Source: an uncultured Myxococcales bacterium
Lineage (GTDB): Bacteria > Myxococcota_A > Polyangia > Fen-1088
DNA length: 64,000 nucleotides
NCBI GenBank assembly: GCA_964491125.1
Contig: CAZBFJ010000001.1
Coordinates: forward strand, 168 to 64,167
Reading direction: 5' to 3'
Shown: positions 9,325-19,900 of the stretch, piece after piece
How the letters are laid out: each line of letters starts with the position of its first letter
Numbering within the stretch: position 1 is the stretch's first letter
Notes under the pieces: model-generated
Told to the model about the DNA's origin: nothing
Seen by the model: the letters and a program-made list of their open reading frames with translations, nothing else
The model's database searches: none
Made by a program: the position numbers and the translations under genes

Positions 9325-9712
9325 CGGGAACCTCCCTTGGCGGGGACCAGACGAAGCTGCCGATCGTGCACGGTAGGGCGGCACGACGGGGCGTGCAGTC
9401 ACCTTGTCCCATCTAGAGTTTTCGTCGGAATGTGGGTCTTGCTTGAGGCTGACGAGCTCGCCTCCACGCGACGAGCCAGCCCCGAGCGGAGGCGTAGTCT
9501 GCCATGGTGTCGGCGGCGAGGGCCAGGGGGGGAAAGGTCCTACCCGAGCGCCGGGGAGGCGGTTGTGCGGTGACGCACGGAGGATGCCTCGGCTTTCCCC
9601 CGGCCCGGCTCGAGAGCCTCCGAGAAACGCGGGCGCCGCGAAGAGGACATGAGCGCCGGCTCGCGGTGCCCAGACGTTCCCTCTCTCGCTCAGGCCGCCA
9701 CGGACTGCCGGC

Positions 9713-11986
9713 TCACCGGCGACGCCGACGCGGCTCGACCAGGGCATCCGAGATGGCCACCGCGGTCTCGAGATCGCATCCGAGCCGCCTGGCCGCGGCC
9801 GGCACCCGGAGGCCGCGCGAGAGGTCGGTCGCCAGGCGCTCGAGCTCGTCCGCGCGTACCGCGACTCCGCCCGCCACGGGGAAGCCCAGGGCCAGGCAAG
9901 TCTCGTCGTCGACCTCACTGGCGGGAACGAAGTATGGCTGCCGCGCGGGCGGCAGCTGAAGGGAGATCCCGGGGCCGAGGAAGGCGCGACACAGCGACAG
10001 GCGAACGAGGAGAGCCTCGGGGCGTAACAGGGACACGGCGTAGAGCACGCGTCGACCGAGCTTGATCCCGGCACGACCGAGGCGCCCGCGATCCCCGGGC
10101 TCGAGCTGACTGAGCTGCGCCTGCGCCTGCCCCGCGAGCGCGGTGCCGAGCCCCTGCTCGAGCTGATACACGATCCCGCGCCCCGCCGGCCCTAGCCTGG
10201 ACAACTCCGCGGTCCGCAGCGGCGAGAGCAACGTCTCGGTGAGATCGCGCGCCCAGGCCGTGAGCCGCCGCTGCAGGCGTAAGCGCGCCCCGGGCCCCAG
10301 CCCCGAGGCGGTTACCGTTACCTCGGGCCGCAGGCGATCGGCGCCCCGGCTCATCCGCCCGAGCACCTGCCCCTCCGCGACGATCCGGCCTTCCTCGTCG
10401 AGACCAAAGCGATCGCCGCTCGCCTGCACGAGCTCGTCGACCCACCGGTCGAGATCGGCGGCTGGCGCGCCGGCCTCCTCCGAGTCTCTTTCCACCGCCT
10501 CGCGCAGCTGCTCGCCGAATCGCCCCCGCGGCACGGCGCGCCCCTTGGCGCGACGGCTGCCGGCGTCGACGAAGCGTCGCACCAGACGCTCGTGCAGGGC
10601 ATCGGACAGGTCGTCCTCGAGCTTGCGGGCCTGCTCTTGCCACCCCCGCGCGTCGTCGAGCCAGCGCGGGTGATGGGTGATGTACGTCCAGGTCCGGATG
10701 AACGCCATGCGGGCGAGCAACGTATCGATGTCCCCTTGAAGGTCGGCAAGGCGCTGCAGGTGGCGCGCGATCCAGTCTCTCTCCAGCCGGCCCCGGGGAC
10801 CCGTCAGCTGCAGAAACACGGCCCGCAGGAGCTTGAAGTGGTCGTCGAGCTGGAGCTGCCGGTAGTCGGGGATCTGGCACACCTGCCAGAGGAGCTCGAC
10901 GCTGCCGCGTGCCCGACAGCGGGTGACCACCTCGGGATCTCCAGCCAGCCGGGCGAGGGCACGGCTGTCGTCCGCGCCGTCGACCGGGACGAGGCAGGCG
11001 TGCGGCGGCCGCCGGGCCAGCGATGCCTCGAGCGATTCCAGCGAGCGCAGGTCGAGATCGGCGTTGCGCCAGAAGACCTCCGTCTGCACCGGGAAGCGGT
11101 GCTCTTCGATGGCGCGCACCGTGACCGGCGGCAGGGCTGGCAGGGGCGACAGCGTCACGAACCTGCCAGGGTTGTGGTAGCGCCCGGCGCGCCCCGCGAT
11201 CTGAGCGAGCTCCGCGTCCTCGAGCTCGCGGAGCTTCCGCCCATCGAACTTGCGCAGGTCCGCGAACGCCACGCAGTCGACGTCCATGTTGAGCCCCATG
11301 CCGATCGCGTCGGTGGCCACCATGTAGTCCACCTCGCCGGACTGATAGAGCGCGACCTGCGCGTTGCGTGCCCTCGGCGACAGCGCGCCCATCACCACCG
11401 CCGCGCCACCGCGCCGGGCCCGCAACCGCTCGGCCAGCTCGTAAACGCGGTCCACCGAGAACGCAACCACCGCCGTCCGCGGGGGCAGCCCACGCAAGTT
11501 CACGTTGCCGCCCCAGGACAGGCGCGACATCCTCGGCTTCCGCTCGATGACCGCGGTCGGCACCAGACGTTCGAGGATGGGGCGAATGGTGTCGGCCCCG
11601 AGAAACCACGTCTCGCGCCGGCCCCGCCAGTTGAGCAGGCGGTCCGTGAACACGTGTCCGCGCTCGACGTGGCCGGCCAGGTGGACCTCGTCGACCGCGA
11701 GGAAATCCACGTCCCGCTCGCTCGGCATCGCCTCGACGGTGCAGACGAAGTACCGCGGCCGCGGCGGGACGCGCTTCTCCTCGCCGGTGATGAGCGCGAC
11801 CGCCCCTTCCCCGATTCGCGCCGACACGCGATCGTAGATCTCCCGCGCGAGCAAACGCAGCGGCAGCCCGATCATGCCGCTCTCGTGCGTGAGCATCCGC
11901 TCGACCGCGCGGTGGGTCTTGCCGGTGTTGGTGGGCCCGATCTGCGCGGTGATGCTCGACGCGAGAAGGGACGCGGGGAGAAGCAT
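9713..11986 (-). CDS. SUV3-like ATP-dependent RNA/DNA helicase (superfamily 2)
   Basis: Motif I, GPTNTGKTHRA, is almost identical to the SUV3 GPTNSGKTYHA. Helicase motifs DEVH, VVFSV/SAT-like and QIAGRAGR follow, then a long helical C-terminal extension. I chose the ATG at 11986; a GTG at 12025 is possible. Confidence 0.75.
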   Translation of the reverse strand: MLLPASLLASSITAQIGPTNTGKTHRAVERMLTHESGMIGLPLRLLAREIYDRVSARIGEGAVALITGEEKRVPPRPRYFVCTVEAMPSERDVDFLAVDEVHLAGHVERGHVFTDRLLNWRGRRETWFLGADTIRPILERLVPTAVIERKPRMSRLSWGGNVNLRGLPPRTAVVAFSVDRVYELAERLRARRGGAAVVMGALSPRARNAQVALYQSGEVDYMVATDAIGMGLNMDVDCVAFADLRKFDGRKLRELEDAELAQIAGRAGRYHNPGRFVTLSPLPALPPVTVRAIEEHRFPVQTEVFWRNADLDLRSLESLEASLARRPPHACLVPVDGADDSRALARLAGDPEVVTRCRARGSVELLWQVCQIPDYRQLQLDDHFKLLRAVFLQLTGPRGRLERDWIARHLQRLADLQGDIDTLLARMAFIRTWTYITHHPRWLDDARGWQEQARKLEDDLSDALHERLVRRFVDAGSRRAKGRAVPRGRFGEQLREAVERDSEEAGAPAADLDRWVDELVQASGDRFGLDEEGRIVAEGQVLGRMSRGADRLRPEVTVTASGLGPGARLRLQRRLTAWARDLTETLLSPLRTAELSRLGPAGRGIVYQLEQGLGTALAGQAQAQLSQLEPGDRGRLGRAGIKLGRRVLYAVSLLRPEALLVRLSLCRAFLGPGISLQLPPARQPYFVPASEVDDETCLALGFPVAGGVAVRADELERLATDLSRGLRVPAAARRLGCDLETAVAISDALVEPRRRRR

Positions 11987-12104
11987 CGAGGGAGAGTTAA
12001 GCACAGAGCGCGGGGACGGACACACGCATCGCCCGAGGTGACGATGCGTGAACCGCCCCGGCGGGCGCGATCAGGTCGCGCCCTACCCTCGCGTCAGGAC
12101 GTCC

Positions 12105-13205
12105 TCAGTTTTCGCCGCGGCCGCCCACGCCCTTGGTGTCGGCCGTGATTGCGCGGGCCGGCTCCTTGGGGCGAAGCGAGCGGGTGGCCTTGCCGGCTCG
12201 CCACATCTCGGAGTTGCCCATCTCGGCCAACTCAGCGCCAAGCTTCTGCTGATAGTCCGCGCCGCCGGTGGACTCGAGCACCCGCTTGGTCTCCTTGCCG
12301 GAGGCGACGCGGTCGTAGAGCAGCTCGAAGACCGGCTGCACCGCCTGCTTGAAGCGCGGTCGCCAATCGAGCGCGCCCCGCTGCGCCGTGGCCGAGCAGT
12401 TCGAGTACATCCAGTCCATCCCGTTCTCGCCGACCAGCCGGATCAGGCTCTCGGTCAGCTCCTCGACCGTCTCGTTGAACGCCTCGCTCGGGCTGTGCCC
12501 ATTGGCCCGCAGCACCTCGTACTGGGCGTCCATGATGCCCGCCAGCGCGCCCATCAGCACGCCACGCTCGCCGGTCAGGTCGCTGAAGACCTCCTTCTGG
12601 AACGTCGTCGGGAACAGGTAGCCGGAGCCAACCGCGATGCCGAGGGCCAGGGTCCGCTCGCGCGCGCGCCCGGTGGCATCCTGCTCGACCGCGAAGCTCG
12701 AGTTGATGCCCGCGCCGGAGAGGAAGTTGCGGCGCACCGACGTGCCGGAGCCCTTGGGGGCGACCAGGATGACGTCGACGTCCGCCGGGGGAACCACCCC
12801 GGTCTGGTCTTTGTAGACGATGGAGAAGCCGTGAGAGAAGTAGAGAGCGTCGCCCTTCTTGAGGTGCTTCTTGACCTCCGGCCAGATCGCCTTCTGCGCC
12901 GCGTCGGAGACCAGCATCTGGATGATGGTCCCCTTCTCCGCGGCCTCCTCGATCTCGAACAGCGTCTTGCCGGGGACCCACCCGTCGCGGACCGCCCGGT
13001 CCCAGTCCTTCTTGAACTTCGACGATTGGCCGATGATCACGTTGAAGCCGTTGTCCTTCATGTTGAGCGACTGCGCCGGACCCTGGACGCCATAGCCGAT
13101 GACCGCGATGGTCTCGTTCTTCAGGACCTCGAGCGCCTTCTTCACGGGGAACTCTTCGCGGGTGACGACTTCTTCTTTGACTCCACCGAAATCGATCGTT
13201 GCCAT
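12105..13205 (-). CDS. ilvC: Ketol-acid reductoisomerase
   Basis: 366 aa (MATIDFGGVKEEVVTREEF...IAVIGYGVQGPAQSLNMKDNG...). Full-length class-I KARI with a Rossmann GYGxQG motif. Confidence 0.92.
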   Translation of the reverse strand: MATIDFGGVKEEVVTREEFPVKKALEVLKNETIAVIGYGVQGPAQSLNMKDNGFNVIIGQSSKFKKDWDRAVRDGWVPGKTLFEIEEAAEKGTIIQMLVSDAAQKAIWPEVKKHLKKGDALYFSHGFSIVYKDQTGVVPPADVDVILVAPKGSGTSVRRNFLSGAGINSSFAVEQDATGRARERTLALGIAVGSGYLFPTTFQKEVFSDLTGERGVLMGALAGIMDAQYEVLRANGHSPSEAFNETVEELTESLIRLVGENGMDWMYSNCSATAQRGALDWRPRFKQAVQPVFELLYDRVASGKETKRVLESTGGADYQQKLGAELAEMGNSEMWRAGKATRSLRPKEPARAITADTKGVGGRGEN

Positions 13206-13367
13206 GGATTCTCCTGGGTTTTCTGCTTCCCGGCGCGACGGCGGCCGGTGAGAGGAGGGGACAATCTGCCACCCTGCCCCGCCCTGTCAAGCGGAGCGGT
13301 CGCCCACAACGGGGGTTGACCTTCGTGCGCCCGGCTGGTAGTTACTCCCGCACCCCGCAAGGGGTAT

Positions 13368-13443
13368 GGGGCTGTAGCTCAGCTGGGAGAGCGCCTGAAT
13401 GGCATTCAGGAGGCCGACAGTTCGATCCTGTTCAGCTCCACCA
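13368..13443 (+). tRNA. tRNA-Ala (anticodon GGC)
   Basis: Cloverleaf folded by hand. The acceptor stem is GGGGCTG/CAGCTCC with the G3:U70 alanine identity pair. D-arm GCTC-AGCTGGGA-GAGC. Anticodon stem CCTGA/TCAGG with loop ATGGCAT (GGC). T-loop TTCGATC. The 3' CCA is encoded. Confidence 0.85.
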
Positions 13444-13707
13444 AGTTTTCAATCACTTACGGCGGGACCCGGCCGAGAACGAGCCCCACCCAATTCAAGC
13501 TCTGCTTCTGATGGCCGCGGTCGCGCCCACGAAGGCGCCGCGCTCAGGGCGGCTAGAAGGCCGGGCAAGCACCCGACCGTCTTTGCCATGGCCAAAAGCA
13601 CCGAAATCATCTCGGCGAATTCGTCGAGGACGACGACGAGGTTCTTGGCGGGAGGTTCGGGGTGGCGATGGCGGATCTCCCGGAAGTTGGGGGGTCTTTG
13701 GGACGAC

Positions 13708-16170
13708 TCAGCCCCCGGCCCGGGGCGCCGCCAGGGTCTGGCGGAGGTGCTCGAGGCTCGGTGGCTTGGCCATGTGACGATCGAAGCCGGCCTCGGCCGC
13801 CCGCTGCAGGTCCTCCGGCAGCGCGTAGCCGGTCAGGGCCACGAGCAGGGTTCCCGCGAGCGATTGCTCGGCGCGCAGGGCCCGAGCCACGTCGTAGCCG
13901 TCCATCCCCGGCAGCCCGATGTCGCAGAGCACGACGTCGGGGTGGTGCTCGAGGGCGTGCCGCAGCCCGGCCGGGCCATTGTGCGCGACCCATACCTCGT
14001 GCCCTTCGAGCTCGAGCAGCTCCCGTAGGCTCTCGGCGGCGTCCGCGTGATCTTCGATGATGAGCACGCGTCCCTGGGATACGGGAGAGCTCGCCAAGAG
14101 GGCCTCGTCTCCCTCGGCCGCCGTCATGTCGAGCGGCAGCCGCATCGCGAACTCGGAGCCCTGGCCTGGGCCGCGGCTCTGCGCCTCGACGGTGCCGCCG
14201 TGCAGCTCGACCAGCTCCTTGACGAGGGCCAGGCCGAGCCCCAGCCCGCCCCGGCTGCGATCGAGCGTCGTCTCCGCCTGCATGAAGGGCTGGAACAGAC
14301 GCTCCACGAGCTCGGGCCTCATGCCCATGCCCGTGTCGGCGACGCGCACGACCGCTTGCCGGGTTGCCACGTCGGCGGCGACGGTCGCGGTGACCCGTCC
14401 GCCCCGCGGGGTGAACTTCACCGCGTTGTGCAGAAGGTTCCCCACCGCCTGCGCCATCCGGCTGCGGTCGGCGTTCACCCGGACCGGGACACCCGGCAGC
14501 GCGAGCTCGAGGGCCACGCCCGCCTTGTCGAACTCCAGCCGGTAGTCCTCGCCCGTGCTCCGCACCAGCTCGCCGAGGTCCAGGCGTTGCCTTTGCAGGT
14601 GGATCTTGTTGCGGGTGATACGGGTGACGTCGAGCAGATCGTCGACCAGGCGGGACAGCTGGTCGACCTGGCGATCGATGATGGCCTTCACCCGCCCCGC
14701 CTGCTCGCTCCCCGGGACCGCTTGGTCGAGCACCGCGAGGCAGTTCTTGATCGGGGCGAGCGGGTTCCGCAGCTCGTGCGAGAGCGTGGCCATGAACTCG
14801 TTCTTGCGCTGATCCGCCTCGATGAGCTGCGCGTTGGTGATGCTGAGCGCCCGGCTGGTTTCCATGCGCTGGACGGCGGCGGCGACCTGGTCCGTAACCG
14901 CGCGCATCAGCTCGACCTCGTCCTCGGCGAAGCGCGGTCGGTGCCGCGTGCCAAACGAGAGAGTCCCAAGCACGCGATCGCCCTGTCCGAGCAACGGATG
15001 GCAGCAGTAAGCCTGCAGGCCGTAGCCACGGATGAGCTCGGCGCGCGGGTCATCGGAGTGCTGCAGGTCCTCGGCGAGGATGCGGGTGGCATCCCGTGCC
15101 ACGCAACCGCAGATGGCCACGCCGAAGTCCAGCCGTTCGATCTTGGCGGCCGCGTCGGCCGGGATCCCCGCGAAGGCATTGAGGCGCAGCCGACCTTCGG
15201 CCGGCTCCGCCATGAAGTTGAAGAACGCCTGGCAGTCGAGGTGAGCCATGACCTCGTGGCAGAGCTCGTCGATCACCCGCTGGGGCTCCTCGGCGCGCAG
15301 CAAACGGCCGGCGGTGCGCGCCAGCAAGCGAAAGCGGGCCTCGCTGGCACGCAAGGCGTCCTCGGCGCGCTTGCGCGGGCTGATCTCGGTCGAGACGCCG
15401 AGCACGTGCTCGACCGTCCCGTCGGGGGCGCGCTCGGCCGCCAGCTTGAGCAGGAAGTGCCGTGGTTCTCCCGGCGGATCGAAGGCGAACTCGACCTCCT
15501 CGGAGATCCCGGTGGCGAAGACGCGCGCGATGGCGCGTTCCCAGCGGTCGCACAGGGCCGCCGGCATGCCCATCTCGCGGTTGGTCCTGCCCAGGAATGC
15601 GGAGCTGGCGATGCCGGTCACTTCTTCGGCGCGCCGGCTGAGGTACACCACCCGCTGCTGGCGATCGAAGCGCATCAGGATCGAGGGGATGTTCTCCGCC
15701 AACCCACGGAAGCGGCGCTCGCTGTCTTCCAGGGCCCGGTGCGCGGCCTCGAGCTCCGCGACCCGTCGGGCGAGCTCCGCCTGCTGGAAGTTGAGCTGGA
15801 GCAGGATGCGCGCCTTGCTGGTGAGGATCTTGGGCTCGATGGGCTTGACCAGGAAGTCCACCGCGCCGGCGTCGTACCCGCGGAAGATGCGGACGCGGTC
15901 GTGCATCCCCGCCGTGACGAAGATGATGGGAACGCGTCGGGTGCGCTCGGCGCCGCGCATGAGCTCGGCGAGCTGGAAACCGTCCATCTCCGGCATCTGG
16001 ATGTCCAGGATGGCAAGGTTCACGTCGTAGGCGAGAAGCAGCTCGAGTGCCTCGGCCCCCGAGCTGGCTTCGAGCAGCTCGGCCTCGAGCGAGCGCAACT
16101 GGGCCCGCAGCGCCAACAGATTCTCGGCGCGATCGTCGACGAGGAGGATGGTCGGTCGGGTCATGGTCAT
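13708..16170 (-). CDS. Hybrid sensor histidine kinase (REC - PAS - GAF - HisKA - HATPase_c - REC)
   Basis: 820 aa. N-terminal receiver (ILLVDDRAENL...LDIQMPEMDG). H-box FMATLSHELRNPL. N-, G1-, G2-boxes. C-terminal receiver (VLIIEDHADAAE...VLCDIGLPGMDG). The ATG at 16170 overlaps the cheR stop. Confidence 0.9.
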   Translation of the reverse strand: MTMTRPTILLVDDRAENLLALRAQLRSLEAELLEASSGAEALELLLAYDVNLAILDIQMPEMDGFQLAELMRGAERTRRVPIIFVTAGMHDRVRIFRGYDAGAVDFLVKPIEPKILTSKARILLQLNFQQAELARRVAELEAAHRALEDSERRFRGLAENIPSILMRFDRQQRVVYLSRRAEEVTGIASSAFLGRTNREMGMPAALCDRWERAIARVFATGISEEVEFAFDPPGEPRHFLLKLAAERAPDGTVEHVLGVSTEISPRKRAEDALRASEARFRLLARTAGRLLRAEEPQRVIDELCHEVMAHLDCQAFFNFMAEPAEGRLRLNAFAGIPADAAAKIERLDFGVAICGCVARDATRILAEDLQHSDDPRAELIRGYGLQAYCCHPLLGQGDRVLGTLSFGTRHRPRFAEDEVELMRAVTDQVAAAVQRMETSRALSITNAQLIEADQRKNEFMATLSHELRNPLAPIKNCLAVLDQAVPGSEQAGRVKAIIDRQVDQLSRLVDDLLDVTRITRNKIHLQRQRLDLGELVRSTGEDYRLEFDKAGVALELALPGVPVRVNADRSRMAQAVGNLLHNAVKFTPRGGRVTATVAADVATRQAVVRVADTGMGMRPELVERLFQPFMQAETTLDRSRGGLGLGLALVKELVELHGGTVEAQSRGPGQGSEFAMRLPLDMTAAEGDEALLASSPVSQGRVLIIEDHADAAESLRELLELEGHEVWVAHNGPAGLRHALEHHPDVVLCDIGLPGMDGYDVARALRAEQSLAGTLLVALTGYALPEDLQRAAEAGFDRHMAKPPSLEHLRQTLAAPRAGG

Positions 16171-16985
16171 TGCCTTCGGTAGATTCGCTGGTCCCTCACG
16201 TGTTCGCTGAAAGCCTCGGTATGCGTGGAGAACCGCAGGGTCTCCTTGGCGCCGAGCCCGAGAAACCCCTGGCGCACCAGGGCCTCGGCGAAGAGGCCGA
16301 GCGTGCGGTCCTGCAGGGTCCGATCGAAGTAGATGAGGACGTTCCGGCAGCTCACCAGCTCGACCTCGGCGAAGACCACGTCCGTCGCCAAGCTGTGCTC
16401 GGCAAACAAGATCTTGCGGCGTAGCGAGGAGTCGACGATGGCCGCCCCGTAGCCCACGGCGTAGTGGTCGGCCAGCGAGCCGCGACCGCCCGCCTCGAGA
16501 TACGCGCGGCTGAAGCCCGCCATCCGCTCGAGCGGGTAGATGCCCTTCTCCGCCACCGCCAGGGCCCCCGGAGCGATGTCGGTGGCGTAGATGAGGGCAT
16601 TGTCGAGGAGTCCTTCTTCCCGCAACAAGATGGCGAGCGAGTACGCCTCCTCCCCGGTGCTACATCCTGGAACCCACACCTTGAGAGAGGGACGGGTACG
16701 TAGCCACGCGACCACTTGTTGGCGGATCGCGCGGAAGTACCCAGGATCGCGGAACATCTCACTGACCTGCACGGTCAACATCGAGAGCAGCTGGCCCCAC
16801 GCGTCGGCGTCGTGGAGCACGAGCTCTTGCAGTCCCGAGACCGACCGCACCCGAAAGCGTCGCACGGCGTCTTCGATCCTGCGTCTGATCGAGGATGGGG
16901 CGTAGTGGCGGAAGTCGTGGTGGTACTTGGCGTAGATCGCCTCGAAGAGGAGGGGTATCTCGATGTCCGGCTCGCCGAGCGCCAT
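16167..16985 (-). CDS. cheR: Chemotaxis-type protein-glutamate O-methyltransferase CheR
   Basis: 272 aa. SAM-binding motif VWVPGCSTGEEAYSLAILL plus a conserved CheR N-terminal helical subdomain. There is no TPR or other extension. Confidence 0.88.
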   Translation of the reverse strand: MALGEPDIEIPLLFEAIYAKYHHDFRHYAPSSIRRRIEDAVRRFRVRSVSGLQELVLHDADAWGQLLSMLTVQVSEMFRDPGYFRAIRQQVVAWLRTRPSLKVWVPGCSTGEEAYSLAILLREEGLLDNALIYATDIAPGALAVAEKGIYPLERMAGFSRAYLEAGGRGSLADHYAVGYGAAIVDSSLRRKILFAEHSLATDVVFAEVELVSCRNVLIYFDRTLQDRTLGLFAEALVRQGFLGLGAKETLRFSTHTEAFSEHVRDQRIYRRQ

Positions 16986-16995
16986 CGACCGCCCC

Positions 16996-19900
16996 CTACT
17001 TCGGCAACCACACCTTCATCAACGACACCAGTCGGTCGACATCGAGCGGCTTCGGGACGTAGTCGCTCATCCCCGCGTCGATGCAGGCACGCTGATCATC
17101 CGCCATCGCCTTGGCCGTGAGCCCGATGATCGGCAAATTGGCCCAGCCTCGCCGCCGGCGAATCTCCCGCGTCGCGGTCAAGCCGTCCATGACGGGCATC
17201 ATGACGTCCATCAGCACGAGGTCGATGCCCTGCGACGGGTCCTGTTCGGCGCGCGCCAGCGCATCGACGGCTTCCTGGCCGTTGCGCGCGACCCGCAGCT
17301 TAGCGCCGCGCGGCTCGAGGACGCTCGACAGCGCGAAGATGTTTCGCGCATCGTCCTCGACCACCAGGATGTTCCGCCCTTCGAACCCGGCATCGCGCTG
17401 TCGCGCGACGCGCAGCATCCGCTGCTGTTCCGCCGGCAGGGAGGTCTCGATCTGGTGCAGGAACAACGACACCTCGTCGAGCAGCCGCTCGGGAGTGCGC
17501 GCACCCTTGATGACCACCGAGCTGGCATGGCGCCGCAGTCGCTGCTCTTCTTCGCGCGTGAGCGGCCCCGAGATGTCCACGACGACCGGCGGGTAAGAGC
17601 ACGCTTCGTCCGCCGCCATCCGATCGAGCACATCGTAGACGGACATGTCGGGCAGGGAGAGGTCGAGCACCACGCAATCGAACGCCGTGCTCCTGAGCTG
17701 GGCGAGCGCGTCGCCACCCCTCCCGACCACCACGATCTCGACGCCGTCGTGCTCGAGCAGCGCGCGCACCGATGCGCGCCTGGCCTCCGCCCCCTCCGCG
17801 ACGAGGATCCGGCGCATCGGCTCCACCAGCTTCCGCTCGAGCCGTTCGATCGCCCCGACGAGCTGGTCCCGTTCGGCGGGCTTGAGCACGTACCCGATCG
17901 CGCCGAGCTCCAGCGCCTGTTGGGCATAGTCGTCGACGGAGAGCACGTGGACCGGGATGTGGCGGGTGGCCGGGCTCGCCTTCAGCCGCTCGAGCAAGCC
18001 GAGGCCCGACTGATCGGGCAAGTGCACGTCGAGCAGCACGGCGCTCGGCGGGCAGCGCTCCGCCAGCTCCATCCCCTCCCGACCGGTGGCTGCCACCAGG
18101 CAGCGAAAGCGCCGTTCCCTCACGAGATCCCGCAGGATCCCTGCGAAGGCTGGATCGTCTTCGATCACCAGGATGACCCGTTCGCCGGGGGCCACCTTGC
18201 CGCGGTCGTCTTCCACCCGTGGGCCGGACTGCCGAGACGAATCGTCACGCCCCATGCTCGTCGCGACCGGGTTCGCAAGGGTGGCACCGGGACGCTGCCC
18301 CGGCGGGGGCGTGCACGCGAACACCTTGTCGATGTCGCTCGGCAGGGTCAACGTGAAGGTGCTGCCCTTGCCGACCTCGCTCACGACAGCGAGCGTGCCG
18401 CCGAGACGGTAGGCGAGCTCGCGCGAAATCGTGAGACCGAGGCCGCTGCCGCCGTACTTGCGATCCGTGCTGCCGTCGACTTGACGAAAGGCCTCGAAGA
18501 TCAGCTCGTGCTGGTCCGCGGGGATCCCGAGGCCCGTGTCGCGAACCGAGAAGGCCACGCGACTGTCCGGTGCCGTCGCGATGCGCAGCGCGACCTCGCC
18601 GGTCTCCGTGAACTTGACGGCGTTGGCGAGGAGGTTGCGCAGGATCTGGAGCAGGCGCAACGGGTCCGACTTGATCGAGGGGGGCACGTCCGGCGCCGTC
18701 TCGATGGCGAGAGCGAGACGCTTCTGCCGGGCCATGGGCTCGAAGGTCTTCTTGAGACCGCCCACGATCGTCGTCAACGTCACGGCTTCGGGGCGAATGT
18801 CGACGTGGCCGGCCTCGATGCGCGACAGATCCAGGATGTCGCTGAGCAGGGCGAGCAGATCGGTGCCCGACGCGTGGATGGCCGATGCGTACTTGACCTG
18901 CTCGGAGGTAAGGTTGCCGTCCGGGTTGTCGGCGAGCAGCTTGGCCAGGATGAGCGCGCTGTTGAGCGGCGTACGCAGCTCGTGACTCATGTTGGCCAGG
19001 AACTCCGACTTGTAGCGATTGGCCCGCGCCAACGCCTCCGCCTTCTCGAGTTGCTCGAGCTGCGCCCGTGACAGGTCGTCCCGCTGCTGCTCGAGCACGT
19101 GCGCCTGCTCCTCGAGCTGCGCATTGGTCTGCTCGAGCTCCGCCTGTTGCGCCTCGAGGCGGCTCTGCGATTCGGCGAGCGTCTGGCTCTGCTCCTCCAT
19201 CTCCTCGTTGATGGCTCGCAGCTCCTCTTGCTGGACCTGCAGCTCCTCGGCCTGCTGCTGCGACTCGACCAGCAGGGCGGCCTGGCGTGCGCGATACTCC
19301 GCCGAGCGGAAAGCGATGGCGATCCGCGCGGCGGTCGCCTCGAGAAGATCGACGTCCGGCGCGCCGATCGGGCGCAAGAACCCGATCTCGACCACGGCCT
19401 TGACCTCGCCGTCGATCTGCGCCGGCAAAACAAGCAGATGGGCGGCCCGTGTCCGGCCGAGCGTCGAGCTCACGGGCAGGTAGTCCGCCGGCAGGTTCTC
19501 GAGGCGCAGGATGCGCCGCTCCTTGAGCGCCTGACCGACCAAGGTGTCCCCCGCGCGCAGCACCTCGGGCACGGCGGCGGAGGCGGGGACCGCATAGCTG
19601 GCGCGCCGGCGCAGCTCGCCCCCTGGCCCGGCCACGTACAAGACCCCGATGGGGCTCTCGAGGTAGCCGCACAGGAAGCGGAGGACGTTGTCCGCCAGCC
19701 GCTCGACGCCCTGCTCGCCCTGCATCCGATTGGCGAGCTCGTTGTGGCCCGAGCGAATCCATTCTTGCTCGCGCAGCAGGAGGCTCGTCAGGATGAAGCG
19801 GCGGACCATGACGGCCACGGTCCACAAGGTCACCATCCCGAAGACGCGGTTGACCTCGGAGATGACCACGATGCGCGCCTCCGACACGGGCGAGAGAACG

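Noticed and set aside
9325-9712. Search for a promoter (sigma-70 or sigma-54) for the chemosensory operon in the 388-nt region upstream of the cheY-like gene
   Set aside because: No convincing -35/-10 or TGGCAC-N5-TTGC match was found by eye. I left the region unannotated rather than guess.
12232-13290. 352-aa minus-strand ORF overlapping ilvC
   Set aside because: It is an alternate frame of ilvC. It is Arg/Gly-rich and lacks the GYGxQG Rossmann motif, which the ilvC frame has.
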